Assembly (NCBI GenBank): GCA_963774015.1 | Contig: CAVZDH010000011.1 | Coordinates: 22,588 to 86,587, forward strand | DNA: 64,000 nucleotides | Direction: 5' to 3' | DNA from: an uncultured delta proteobacterium | Lineage (GTDB): Bacteria > Desulfobacterota > Binatia > UTPRO1 | In this document: positions 49,239 through 58,152 of the stretch, piece after piece | How the letters are laid out: every line of letters starts with the position of its first letter | Position numbering within the stretch: position 1 is the first letter of the stretch | Notes under the pieces: model-generated | The model's input: only the letters and a program-made list of their open reading frames with translations | Databases searched by the model: none | What the model was told of the DNA's origin: nothing | Position numbers and translations under genes: made by a program

Positions 49239-49954
49239 GGCAGACCTCCGGTCTTGAGATGCGAGAGGAAGGCGACGAGCTCGTCGATCTGCCCCGACGA
49301 GAGCGGCAGCTTCGGCATGCGCGCGTCGGGCTTCACTCCCGGCGGATTGGTGAGCCATTGCTGCAGATACGCCGCATCTCGGCGTGCCCCCACGCCGTCG
49401 AGCGCCGGACCCACCGCGCCGCCCTGGCCGCCCAGCGAGTGGCACGCGATGCAGAGCTGATTGAAGATCTGCGGCCGGTCGAGCGCCGCCGCCACCGCGC
49501 CCGCGCCGGCGGCGCCGGGCGCCGGCACCGCGATCGGCATCAGCGTCGGCTTCGGCGGGAAGCCGTTCAGGTCGACGCCGCCCGCCCACTGGAGAAAGGC
49601 GACGAGATCGTCGATCTGCGCCTCGGCGAAATGGTAGTTCTTCATCCGGCGCTGGCCCGGGTACATCGCCTCCGGGTCGCGCAGCATGGCCTTGATGAAC
49701 TCGGGACCGCGGCGCTCGTAGACCTTGGTGAGCTCGGGCGCATAGTAGGCGCCTTCACCGAAGATCGTATGGCAGCCCATGCAGTTGCTCGCTTCCCAGA
49801 GCGCCTTGCCGCGCGCGACCGCGGGCGTGATGGCGTCGGCGTGCGTGCGCGCGGGAATCTTGCCGAACGTGTCGACGGTGAGGCCGACGAACGCGAGCGA
49901 GCACACGGCGGTGCCCACGAGAAAGAACGAACGAGCCGCAGACTTGGACAGCAT
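49235..49954 (-). CDS. norC: NorC cytochrome c subunit fused to an additional C-terminal c-type cytochrome domain
   Basis: N-terminal TM anchor, …NCMGCH… (NorC haem), then a second …CIACH… domain (~90 extra aa). GGGAGG RBS. Confidence 0.85.
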   Translation of the reverse strand: MLSKSAARSFFLVGTAVCSLAFVGLTVDTFGKIPARTHADAITPAVARGKALWEASNCMGCHTIFGEGAYYAPELTKVYERRGPEFIKAMLRDPEAMYPGQRRMKNYHFAEAQIDDLVAFLQWAGGVDLNGFPPKPTLMPIAVPAPGAAGAGAVAAALDRPQIFNQLCIACHSLGGQGGAVGPALDGVGARRDAAYLQQWLTNPPGVKPDARMPKLPLSSGQIDELVAFLSHLKTGGLP

Positions 49955-50089
49955 CGGCACCTCCCTTTCAGGAAACCGTGTGACGTCCGACCGAACGGGC
50001 GCCCACCAGCACGCACCGCGACCGGCGCAACGACACAAGCGTGACGCACACGGCGTGCGTCGAGGCACGCCATCGCGCCCTTCGAGAGC

Positions 50090-50539
50090 TCACGAGCACT
50101 CCCGCGCGAGCCGGACGATCTCCTCCCGGTCCGCCGCGTCGAGCGCGAGCGCCGCGACGGCGAGCAGCATCGCGTCCTCCTTCGCGACGTGCGCGCGCAG
50201 GTGATCGATGATTCCCGCCGCGATCCGCACCTGCTCGGCGACGTCTCCGGATCGCAACGCTTCTCCGAGCTCCGCCAGCTGGCAGCGCGCCGCGGCGTGC
50301 TCGTCGCGGAGCAGCGTCAGCGTCCCCGGCCCCGCATCGGCGTAGCGGGAGACCACCGGGAAGAGCGCGCGCTCTTCGAGCGCGAAATGTCCCACGACCT
50401 CCGAGTCGAGGTACGCCGCGAGCTCGACCAGTCCGGCGGTCATCGTCGCGAAGCGCTCGCTCGCGGTCGCGAGGCGGGCGAGAAGCTCGTCGTGCTGGCG
50501 CAGCAAGAGCGCAACCGGGTCGTCCATGCGGGCCACCAT
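50090..50539 (-). CDS. hemerythrin HHE cation-binding domain protein (DnrN/ScdA/YtfE-like di-iron NO-stress protein)
   Basis: …LDSEVVGHFALEER.LFP… and …IIDHLRAHVAKEDAML… H/E ligand pattern. Alternative ATG at 50527 (MDDP…). Confidence 0.7.
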   Translation of the reverse strand: MVARMDDPVALLLRQHDELLARLATASERFATMTAGLVELAAYLDSEVVGHFALEERALFPVVSRYADAGPGTLTLLRDEHAAARCQLAELGEALRSGDVAEQVRIAAGIIDHLRAHVAKEDAMLLAVAALALDAADREEIVRLARECS

Positions 50540-50561
50540 GCGTGATCGGCCGGGCGCGTTG

Positions 50562-50577
50562 TATGACGCCGCTCATA
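50562..50577. promoter_or_regulatory. FNR/CRP-type palindrome TATGA-N6-TCATA in the hemerythrin/crp divergent region
   Basis: tatgacgccgctcata shares the same half-sites as the nirK-proximal box. Confidence 0.4.
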
Positions 50578-50594
50578 GAGGTTAGAGAGCGCGG

Positions 50595-51260
50595 ATGGAC
50601 GAGCTCCCCGGCTTCCGCACCCTGCCGCCGACCGAACGGACGCTGGTGAAAGACGCTACGCGCGAGCTGGCGCTCTCGAAAGGAGCGCTCGCGTTCTCCC
50701 AAGGCCAGCCGTCGACGCACGTCTGGGCCGTGCGCGACGGCCTCGTCCACATCGTCAAGTCCGGGCCCGCCGGACGCGAGATCGTGCTCGAGGTCATTCC
50801 ACCCGGCGAGCTCTTCGGTGCCGTCGTGGCGCTCGAGGATCGCCCCTACCCCGCCTCGGCGGTCGCCGCCGAGGCGAGCGTCGTCTGGCGCGTGCCGTCG
50901 GCGCTGGTACGCGAGATCTGCGGACGGCATCCCACCCTGCGGTCGGCGATCCTGGCCCTCGTGACGACACGTCTGCGGAGCGCGCACGAGCGTCTGCAGT
51001 CCGTCGCGCTCGAGCCCGTCGAGCAGCGTCTCGCCCGCATGCTCCTCGCGTTGACGCCGAAGATCGGCCGCAAGGACGACGGCGTGACCGTGCTTCCCGT
51101 CACCCGCCAAGAGCTCGCCGACATGGTCGGCACGACGGTCGAGACGGCGATCCGCATCACCAGCAAATGGCACAAGACCGGCGTCGTGCGATCGGCGCGC
51201 AACGCGCTCACGATCGCCGACGTCGCGGCGCTACGCGCCCTCGCGGCCGGGAGCGACTAG
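50595..51260 (+). CDS. Crp/Fnr family transcriptional regulator (NnrR/Dnr-like position in a nor/nir cluster)
   Basis: cNMP-binding-like beta-roll (…GELFGAVVAL…) plus C-terminal HTH (…TRQELADMVGTTVETAIRITSKW…). Confidence 0.85.
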   Translation: MDELPGFRTLPPTERTLVKDATRELALSKGALAFSQGQPSTHVWAVRDGLVHIVKSGPAGREIVLEVIPPGELFGAVVALEDRPYPASAVAAEASVVWRVPSALVREICGRHPTLRSAILALVTTRLRSAHERLQSVALEPVEQRLARMLLALTPKIGRKDDGVTVLPVTRQELADMVGTTVETAIRITSKWHKTGVVRSARNALTIADVAALRALAAGSD

Positions 51261-51427
51261 GGAACCTCTGCACAGGTGGCTCCCGGCTACGAAGCGCGAT
51301 CCATCCCCGATCGACGGCGGCGCGACGCCCTCGGCGTATCGTTCAGATACGCGGTCGGGCGTCGCGCCTTGCGCTCGGGGCGGCTCGCACTTCTCGCTCG
51401 GAACCTACCTGTGCAGAGGTTCCCTAG
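51257..51427. mobile_element. MITE, family B, copy 2
   Basis: The same 23-bp terminal inverted repeats and TA flanks as 32515-32686. Its left TA forms the TAG stop of the Crp/Fnr gene. Confidence 0.65.
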
Positions 51428-51458
51428 AGCCCGCAAGCCCGCACCGGGCTCCGCCGCC

Positions 51459-51845
51459 TCACTTCGGGGCGACGACCGGGAAGCCGAGGGAGGCGGCGGC
51501 GTCCGCCATCCGGCGATCGTACGTCACGACGGCGCGCAGCGTCGGCGCAACGAGTTGCGCGGCCGCCAAATGGATGGCGTCCAGCGAGCGCAGGGCCAGC
51601 GGCTCCAACATCCCCGCCGCGTCGAGCAGCGCGTCGTCCAAGCGGACGAGATCGACATGCCGCAGGAGACGCCGAGCCGTCTCTACGGCGGCCGGCCCCA
51701 ACGGGCGCACTGCACGTAGCACCTCGGTCCGCGCGAGACCACATGACAGCCGCTCTGGCTCGCGGCGAAGGTATGCCCGCAACGCGCGCGTTTCGGGCTC
51801 CTGCACCACGAGCTTCACGAGCGCCGACGAGTCGAGATAGATCAC
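51459..51845 (-). CDS. vapC: type II toxin VapC (PIN-domain ribonuclease)
   Basis: MIYLDSSALVKLV…E…D…D: PIN acidic quartet spacing. 128 aa. Confidence 0.8.
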   Translation of the reverse strand: MIYLDSSALVKLVVQEPETRALRAYLRREPERLSCGLARTEVLRAVRPLGPAAVETARRLLRHVDLVRLDDALLDAAGMLEPLALRSLDAIHLAAAQLVAPTLRAVVTYDRRMADAAASLGFPVVAPK

Positions 51846-51854
51846 GATCCCGAC

Positions 51855-52139
51855 TCAGCGTTCCGTGGCGCGCAGACGGGCGAGACGCCGAGAGGGCGCC
51901 TCCACTCCCCGGGGCACTCGAATCGGCGGACCGATCTCGAGCGCGTCGCCTTCCGCCCGCACGAGACGCCCCGCGGCCTCGAGCCCATCGAGCACGTTGT
52001 GGTGGCTTGCAGGGACGAGCACCGCGACCGGGTGGCCGCGATCAGTGACCTCGATACGCTCGCCGCGCCGGACGCGCCGCACGGCAGCGGCCGCATTCTG
52101 CTGCAGCTGACGCACGCCGATGCGATCCATGTACGTCAA
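51855..52139 (-). CDS. type II antitoxin (Phd/YefM-like) paired with VapC
   Basis: …IGVRQLQQNAAAAVRRVRRGERIEVTDRGHPVAVLVP… antitoxin fold, 9 nt upstream of vapC. Alternative start MDRIG at 52130. Confidence 0.65.
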   Translation of the reverse strand: MTYMDRIGVRQLQQNAAAAVRRVRRGERIEVTDRGHPVAVLVPASHHNVLDGLEAAGRLVRAEGDALEIGPPIRVPRGVEAPSRRLARLRATER

Positions 52140-52302
52140 CGTAGCACATATTGCCGTCCCGGAGGCAAGGACGCCCGTTCGGGGAGAGGGCGAAGTCGGA
52201 CGAGACGCTCGATGCGGGCAGGCACGTGAGCACCGACCAACGACGCCGATGGGCCTTCGGCAATCCGCTACCGACCCCCGCCACGCCTCCGCGCGGGACG
52301 GC

Positions 52303-54012
52303 TCAGATCAGCTCCGGGTCGTAGCCGGCGCGCATGAGCGCCCGCCGCGTCGCCGCGAGCACGACGTCGCCCTCGATCGGCTCGTGCACGGGAACCTCGG
52401 GCGCGGCGGAGAGCTGCGCGGCGAGCGCCGCGACCTCGGGGCCGACGAGCCGCTCGCACGCGGCGTAGACGCCGTCCGGCCCTTCCTCGAGCTCGTTGTG
52501 CGAGACGAGAATGTGGCGAATCGCCGCGACGATCGCCGGCGTCGGGCGCGGCACGAGCAGCGCCGCGAGCGCGCCATGGTCGCTCCTGAGACGCGCCGCG
52601 GACGGCAGCGCTGCGCCGCCGCGCCGGCGCTGCGCCGCCGGTAGGAGGATCTTCTCCTCCATGCCGATGTGCCGGAGCAGGCCGCGCCGGAACTGCTCGT
52701 ACGCGCCGAGGTCGAGGGCGTCGGGGCGCGCGGCGGCGCGGGCGAGCAGTGCATCGAGGCGCTCGTGGTCGGCGACGAGATACGCCGCGACCGGCCCGAG
52801 CGTCGCCGCGACGGGTGCCGTCGGCGCATCCGACGCACGCCCGAGGAGCCGCGGGCCGAGGAACCCGAGCCAGACGGTGGCGCCGCCGATCCACATCGCC
52901 GAGGCCCAGCCGAGATGGTCGAAGTAGCTGTGCGTGAAGTCGGCGCCGACGCGCGCCAGCATCGCGAGCAGCATCGTCGCACCGAGCACGACCACGGCCG
53001 CGGGCCGGCCGAGCGCCAGGCGCTCGAGATCGAGGTGGCTCAGCGATACGTGCGTCGCGACGCCGAAGCCCATGAGCGAGAAGCCGCCGATGAAGAGCAC
53101 GTGGAGCGCCGCGACCCGGAGGTCGGGCGCGAGCCCCGCGCCGAGCAGCCCGACCGGCATCAGCCAGACCGCGAGCCAGACGAGCTTCCGATGGAGGCCG
53201 GGCTTGCGCGGGAGCCGCGCCGCGCCGCCGCCGAGCACGAGGCCGGCCGTCACGACGGCGGCGCGCACGATCGGCGCGACCCGCATCCACCCCGCCGCCT
53301 CGAGCACCATCGACGCGAAGAGCAGCACGCCGAGCGCCGCATACGCCGCGAGCTTTCGCCGCTCGCGCGGCGACGAGCCGAGGTCGGCCGGCGGCGGCTC
53401 GCCGGCCATGAGCGGCAGCACGAGGCTCCCGATGCCGATCGCGAGCGAGAGGAACACGCCCTGCTCGACGAGCAGCCGTCCGAGCACGATCGCCCACGAC
53501 GGCGCGCCCGGCCGGGTCGCGACGACGATCAGCACCGCCCCGACGAGCCCGTCCGCAACGGCGATCGGCACCAGCACGAACGACGCGGGCGGACGGCGAG
53601 CCGCGCCCTGCCCGAGAAAGCGCCGCACCGCGAATTGGAGGAGCAGCACGAAGAGACCCGCGTAGGCGAATTGGGCGAGCGCCCAGCGGCCCGCGAGCGC
53701 CGCCGCGGTGATGGTCAGAAGAGCCAGGAAAGCGATCGTCGTCTCGAGCGCGGAGGGCGGCGGCGACTGCGTCCGCCGCGGTACCGCCGTCAAGAGGAAT
53801 CCGACGGCGAGCGCCATCATGAACGCCTGCGTCATGACCTGGCCGTGGAGAAATCCGGAATAGGTCGTCGTGACGCCGGTCGCGTAGAGGAGCCAGTGCC
53901 CGACGCCGATCCAGCCGAGCACCACCGCCAGAGGAAAGAAGATGCGAAAAGGCTCACGCCGCCATGCGATCGGCCGCGTAGCCGTACGCGCCGGCACGAC
54001 CGGCATCGTCAT
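52303..54012 (-). CDS. NnrS-family membrane protein fused to a C-terminal hemerythrin-like domain
   Basis: …RPIAWRREPFRIFFPLAVVLGW… NnrS N-terminus and ~12 TM. C-terminal …LLRHIGMEEKILLPA…ILVSHNELEEG… hemerythrin HHE pattern. Confidence 0.7.
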   Translation of the reverse strand: MTMPVVPARTATRPIAWRREPFRIFFPLAVVLGWIGVGHWLLYATGVTTTYSGFLHGQVMTQAFMMALAVGFLLTAVPRRTQSPPPSALETTIAFLALLTITAAALAGRWALAQFAYAGLFVLLLQFAVRRFLGQGAARRPPASFVLVPIAVADGLVGAVLIVVATRPGAPSWAIVLGRLLVEQGVFLSLAIGIGSLVLPLMAGEPPPADLGSSPRERRKLAAYAALGVLLFASMVLEAAGWMRVAPIVRAAVVTAGLVLGGGAARLPRKPGLHRKLVWLAVWLMPVGLLGAGLAPDLRVAALHVLFIGGFSLMGFGVATHVSLSHLDLERLALGRPAAVVVLGATMLLAMLARVGADFTHSYFDHLGWASAMWIGGATVWLGFLGPRLLGRASDAPTAPVAATLGPVAAYLVADHERLDALLARAAARPDALDLGAYEQFRRGLLRHIGMEEKILLPAAQRRRGGAALPSAARLRSDHGALAALLVPRPTPAIVAAIRHILVSHNELEEGPDGVYAACERLVGPEVAALAAQLSAAPEVPVHEPIEGDVVLAATRRALMRAGYDPELI

Positions 54013-54273
54013 CGGAATGCCGCCACAGTTCATGCCCGGCCGACCATGCACTCACCGTACCATCTCAAGAATGAGAAACCGGCCACACCTCGTCGCACGA
54101 GACCGTTGCCGTCGTCGCAGCGCTGGGAAGGGAATCGTCCTGAAATTCCCGCAGGGGAGATTCCGATCGCCCAGAATCGAGACAAATTCCTGGCCGTGCC
54201 GACGCCGCTGCGGGCATGGCCTTTGCTCCCGCTCTCCGCGGGCGATTCCCGCCGGCGAAGGAGGAGGCACCGT

Positions 54274-55308
54274 ATGGCTGATTTTCTGTCCGCGTATTCG
54301 ATCCAGAACTGGCTCGAGTCCTGCCCGCAGGGCTACCTCGAGGGCACCGAGTACGGCCACCAGCCCGGCGAGGAGGAGACCGAGCTCCTCAAGAGCAACG
54401 CGGTCCTGCACGAGGAGGCGATCCGCACCACGGTGCAGCTCGTGGTCGGCGAGCGCTGCGCGCTCGCGGCGTCGTCGGGGCTGATCAACGCCGCGCCCGA
54501 CGAGGCGAGCAAGCGCTTCCTCGCGACGCAGACGCTCGACGAGGCGCGCCACGTCGAGATCTTCACCCATCGCCTCTACGACCTCGGCGTCCGCAAGGAG
54601 GAGCTCGAGTCGACGATCGCGCACTACGCCAACCCGAACCTGGTGAAGTTCGCCGAGCGTGCTGCTCGAGAAGGTCGACAAGAAGGACTTCGTCGCCGGC
54701 GTCGTCGGCCAGAACATCGTCCTCGAAGGCATGGCGTTCAGCGTCTTCGAGATGATGCACGCGATGAACCAGGAGATGAATCCGAAGTTCGCCCACACGC
54801 TCTCGGGCACGATCGCCGACGAGCGGCGCCACGTCGGCTTCGGCGAGAACCGCATCGGCTCGCTGATCAAGGAGCACCCGGAGCGGAGGCCGGAGATCGA
54901 GCGCATGCAGAAGGAGATGTCCTACTACATGCTCGCGACGTTCGCCGACGCCTTCCGCGACAACGCAGTCGGTCGCCGAGCTCGAGCGCCTCGGTCAGGA
55001 GCGCAGCCGACAGCGCGCTATCAGGGCGTCGACCTCGGCACGCATGGCAGCCCGAGGAGATGGAGGAGGTGCTCGCCGACACCGTGCTGAAGGAGTTCAA
55101 GACCCGCCTCGGCCGCATCGGTATCGAGTACCAGACGCCGGTCCGTCCGCGCCGCGTGAGCGGCCGTCCGACCGACGTCCACGACCTCGATCCGCAGGCC
55201 TTCCTCGAGGAGGTGCACTCCTTCGAGTTCTGGTTCCAGGCGGTGGAGGGCTATCTCTCCGGCACTGACCTAGGGGCACCGGCCCGAGACCGTCGAGGCG
55301 CCGCATGA
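54274..55308 (+). pseudogene. ferritin-like di-iron (ExxH) protein, paralog 1, with at least 2 frameshifts
   Basis: GAAGGAGGAGG RBS plus ATG 54274. The protein is legible only by switching frames: 54274→~54660 (…DEARHVEIFTH…), 54659-~54960 (…GTIADERRHVGFGENRIG…), then back to the first frame to 55308. One position near 55260 read inconsistently against the ORF track by ±1 nt. Confidence 0.5.
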
Positions 55309-56298
55309 CCGCGCACGATCGCGAGCGCCTGGTCACGGTGCTCTGCAACTACTGCGTCGGGGAGACCGCCGCGCTCGAAGGGCGCGAGCGGCCTGATCGT
55401 GATCGCGCCGAACCGCCTCGCCAAGGTGTTCCTCGTCGACCCAGGTGGCCGACGAGGGCCGCCATCTCGAGGTGCTTCTAGCATCGCCTGCGCGACCTCG
55501 GCGTCGCCGATCCCGAGCGCGAGGTCGAGCGGCGCGCCAGCCGCAGCCTGCAGACTTTCAGGCGCCGCCTGCTCGAGCTGGTCGCCGAGCAAGGACTGGG
55601 AGGCGGCGATCTTCGCGCAGAACGTCATCCTCGAGTCGCTCGAGTTCGCGGTCTTCCACGGCCACGCGCAGAGCGCCGACCCGGTGACCGCGCGAGGTGC
55701 TGCGCGGCGTCGTCAAGGACGAGCGCCGCCACATCGGCTTCGGCGAGAACGAGCTCGGCCGCCGCGCTCGCGACCGCGCCGCACATCCGCGCCCGCCTCG
55801 GCCAGGTGAAGAAGGAGCTCGATCACCTCGTGCTCGAAGCGCTCGAGGAGACCACGCTCGCACATCGGCATGCCGCGCGACGAGCACGACCGCCTCGGGC
55901 GCGCCTATCTCGAGTCGGTCGAGCGCCTGGGGTTCGGCTCGTGAGCCGACGCGTCCTCGACGAAGGCGCCGCGGCGACGGTCGACGCCGTCGAGGGCGAC
56001 CCGACCGCGGGAAGCCCGGCGGCGAACGACCCGCAGGGCGCGCGCCAGCGCTTCGTCCTCGAGGACACCGGCTTCGACGAGGTGCCGAAGAAGTACCGGC
56101 AGCTTCTACCGCAAGTGGAAAGGCGCCGGCGACAGGCTGGCGCCGAACGAGGTGATCTGCCCGGTCTGCAAGGTCGTGATCCGCTCGAGCCGCGAGCTCC
56201 GCCCCGGCGATCGCGTCTACTGCATGCCGTGCATGTCGCGCCTCGTGGTCACGCGGAACGAGGCGAGCGGCGAGCTGGAAGCGCTGGTCGCGTACTGA
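55306..56298 (+). pseudogene. ferritin-like di-iron protein, paralog 2, with C-terminal CxxC…CxxC zinc-ribbon; at least 3 frameshifts
   Basis: MTAHDRERLVTVLCNYCVGETAALEGRER…, …VVKDERRHIGFGENELG…, …LGQVKKELDHLVLEALEE…, …FDEVPKKYRQ|FYRKWKGAGDRLAPNEVICPVCKVVIRSSRELRPGDRVYCMPCMSRL…*. Pieces lie in three frames and are collinear with paralog 1. Confidence 0.45.
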
Positions 56299-56317
56299 GC
56301 GCGGCGCGAACGATCCC

Positions 56318-58063
56318 TCACTCGACGACCAGCACCGCGACGCCGTCCTCGCCGCGCACCAGGAGCCACCGCCGGTCGTGGAGGGCGGCGACCGACGGAC
56401 GATGCGCAATCGAGAGCAGCGTCGCGCGCGGCAATCGCCGCCGCAGCGTCGCATAGGCATGCGACTCCATGTCCTCGTCGAGCGCGGCGGTCGCCTCGTC
56501 GAGGAAGATCCAATCGGGCTGCTTCACGAGCACGCGCACGAGCGAGAGTCGCTGCTGCTCCGCGACCGAGAGCCGCACGTGCCACTGGGCGTGCTCGTCG
56601 AGCAGCTCGACGAGCCCGCCCAGTCCGAAGCGGCCGAGGGCCTCGCAAATGACCTCGTCGGAGTAGCGATCCTCGGGCTCCGGATACGTGATGACGAACC
56701 GCAGGCTTCCGACCGGCAGATACGGCCGCGCCGGGACGAAATGCAGGCGCGCGCCCTCCGGGATCTCGATGCGGCCGGCACCGAACGGCCACAGGCCGGC
56801 GAGCGCGCGAAAGAGCGTCGTCTTGCCAGTCCCGGTCGCACCGACGAGCGCGATCGACTCGCCGGGCGCAATCGACACGGCCGCACGCACGAGCGGTTGC
56901 CCGTCGGGCCGGTGCAGCACGACGTCGCGCAGACGGAGCGTTCGGCCGGCGTCGGTCGCGATCTCGAGGCGCTTGCTGCGCCCCAGCTCCGTCGACGTCG
57001 CCGACACGACGTCGATGAACGCCGCGAGGCGTTGGATGCTGGCCCGCCATTGGGCGATCTCCTGGTAGGCGCTCACGAACCACGTGAGCGCCCCCGACAC
57101 CTGGCTGTACGCGAAGCCGACCTGGGTGACCTTGCCGAGCGTCAAGTGCCGGCCGAAGTACGCGGGCGCCGCGAGCAGCATCGGCACCACCCCGTTCATC
57201 TGTCCGAGCCCGAGGGTCAGGAGCGACAGGTCGCGCTGGGCGCGAATGAGCTGCCACCAGTTCTCGACGATGCGCCCGAAGCGCTGCAAGAGACGCCGCC
57301 GCTCGATCAGCTCGCCCTGACTGAACCCGACCGGCTCGACCTGATCGCGGAAGCGGACGAGGCCGTAGCGGAAGTCGGCCTCGTAGCGCAGCCGGTCGAA
57401 GTTGATCGGGACGAGCTTCCGGCCGACGACGTGCGTGACCCACATCGCGAAGACCGCGTAGCCGAGGGCGACCCACATGAGGAGACCCGGCACGTAGACG
57501 TCGCCCGTCGGCAGCGTGAGCGGCCACCCGCGCGAGAGCGCCCACAGCATGCCGCCGAACGACGCGAGCGCCACCAGGCTCGACAGCAACGACAGCGAGA
57601 GCCCGAGCGCGCTCGCGACGTAGTTGCGGATGTCCTCGGCGATGCGCTGATCGGGATTGTCCATGGCGCCGCCGTAGAGCTCGATCTGCCAATAGGCTTC
57701 GGGCGTCATCCAGCGCCGCAGGTACTCCGCCGTCATCTTGCGCCGCCAGCGCACCTCGAGGATCTGGCGCACGTAGATGCGGAAGGTCGCGGCGAGGACC
57801 GTCGCGAGCATCGCCGCCGCCTGGTAGCCGAGCGCGCCGAGAAAGGCGGCGACGTTCCGTTCCTGGAGAACGTCGATGACCGTCGCCTGGGTGCGGGCGA
57901 CCAGCACCGCGCCGTAGACCGTCGCGAGCTCGAGACAGACGGCGAGCGCGAGGAGCCAGACGCCGGCTTTCGCCGCCCCCGACGCCCAGTAGATCGCGCC
58001 GAGCCGCCAAATGTCGCGGAACACGGACGAGGGTCGAATCGCGTCGGTGCCGGCGTTCGCCAC
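56318..58063 (-). CDS. ABC transporter, fused permease/ATPase of the SbmA/BacA-YddA type
   Basis: TM domain with …DNPDQRIAEDIRNYV… (SbmA/BacA-like signature), then …LVGATGTGKTTL… Walker A, …LSVAEQQRLSLVRVL… ABC signature and …IFLDEATAALD… Walker B. GTG 58063 is the first start after the in-frame stop. Confidence 0.8.
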   Translation of the reverse strand: MANAGTDAIRPSSVFRDIWRLGAIYWASGAAKAGVWLLALAVCLELATVYGAVLVARTQATVIDVLQERNVAAFLGALGYQAAAMLATVLAATFRIYVRQILEVRWRRKMTAEYLRRWMTPEAYWQIELYGGAMDNPDQRIAEDIRNYVASALGLSLSLLSSLVALASFGGMLWALSRGWPLTLPTGDVYVPGLLMWVALGYAVFAMWVTHVVGRKLVPINFDRLRYEADFRYGLVRFRDQVEPVGFSQGELIERRRLLQRFGRIVENWWQLIRAQRDLSLLTLGLGQMNGVVPMLLAAPAYFGRHLTLGKVTQVGFAYSQVSGALTWFVSAYQEIAQWRASIQRLAAFIDVVSATSTELGRSKRLEIATDAGRTLRLRDVVLHRPDGQPLVRAAVSIAPGESIALVGATGTGKTTLFRALAGLWPFGAGRIEIPEGARLHFVPARPYLPVGSLRFVITYPEPEDRYSDEVICEALGRFGLGGLVELLDEHAQWHVRLSVAEQQRLSLVRVLVKQPDWIFLDEATAALDEDMESHAYATLRRRLPRATLLSIAHRPSVAALHDRRWLLVRGEDGVAVLVVE

Positions 58064-58152
58064 GAGGGGAAAGTGCCTCGTCCATAGCGCGCTTCGTAGC
58101 GGCGAGCCAACCTTTGGTGCGCGGCTCGGCCGGGACCGCGTCTTCGGCCTGC

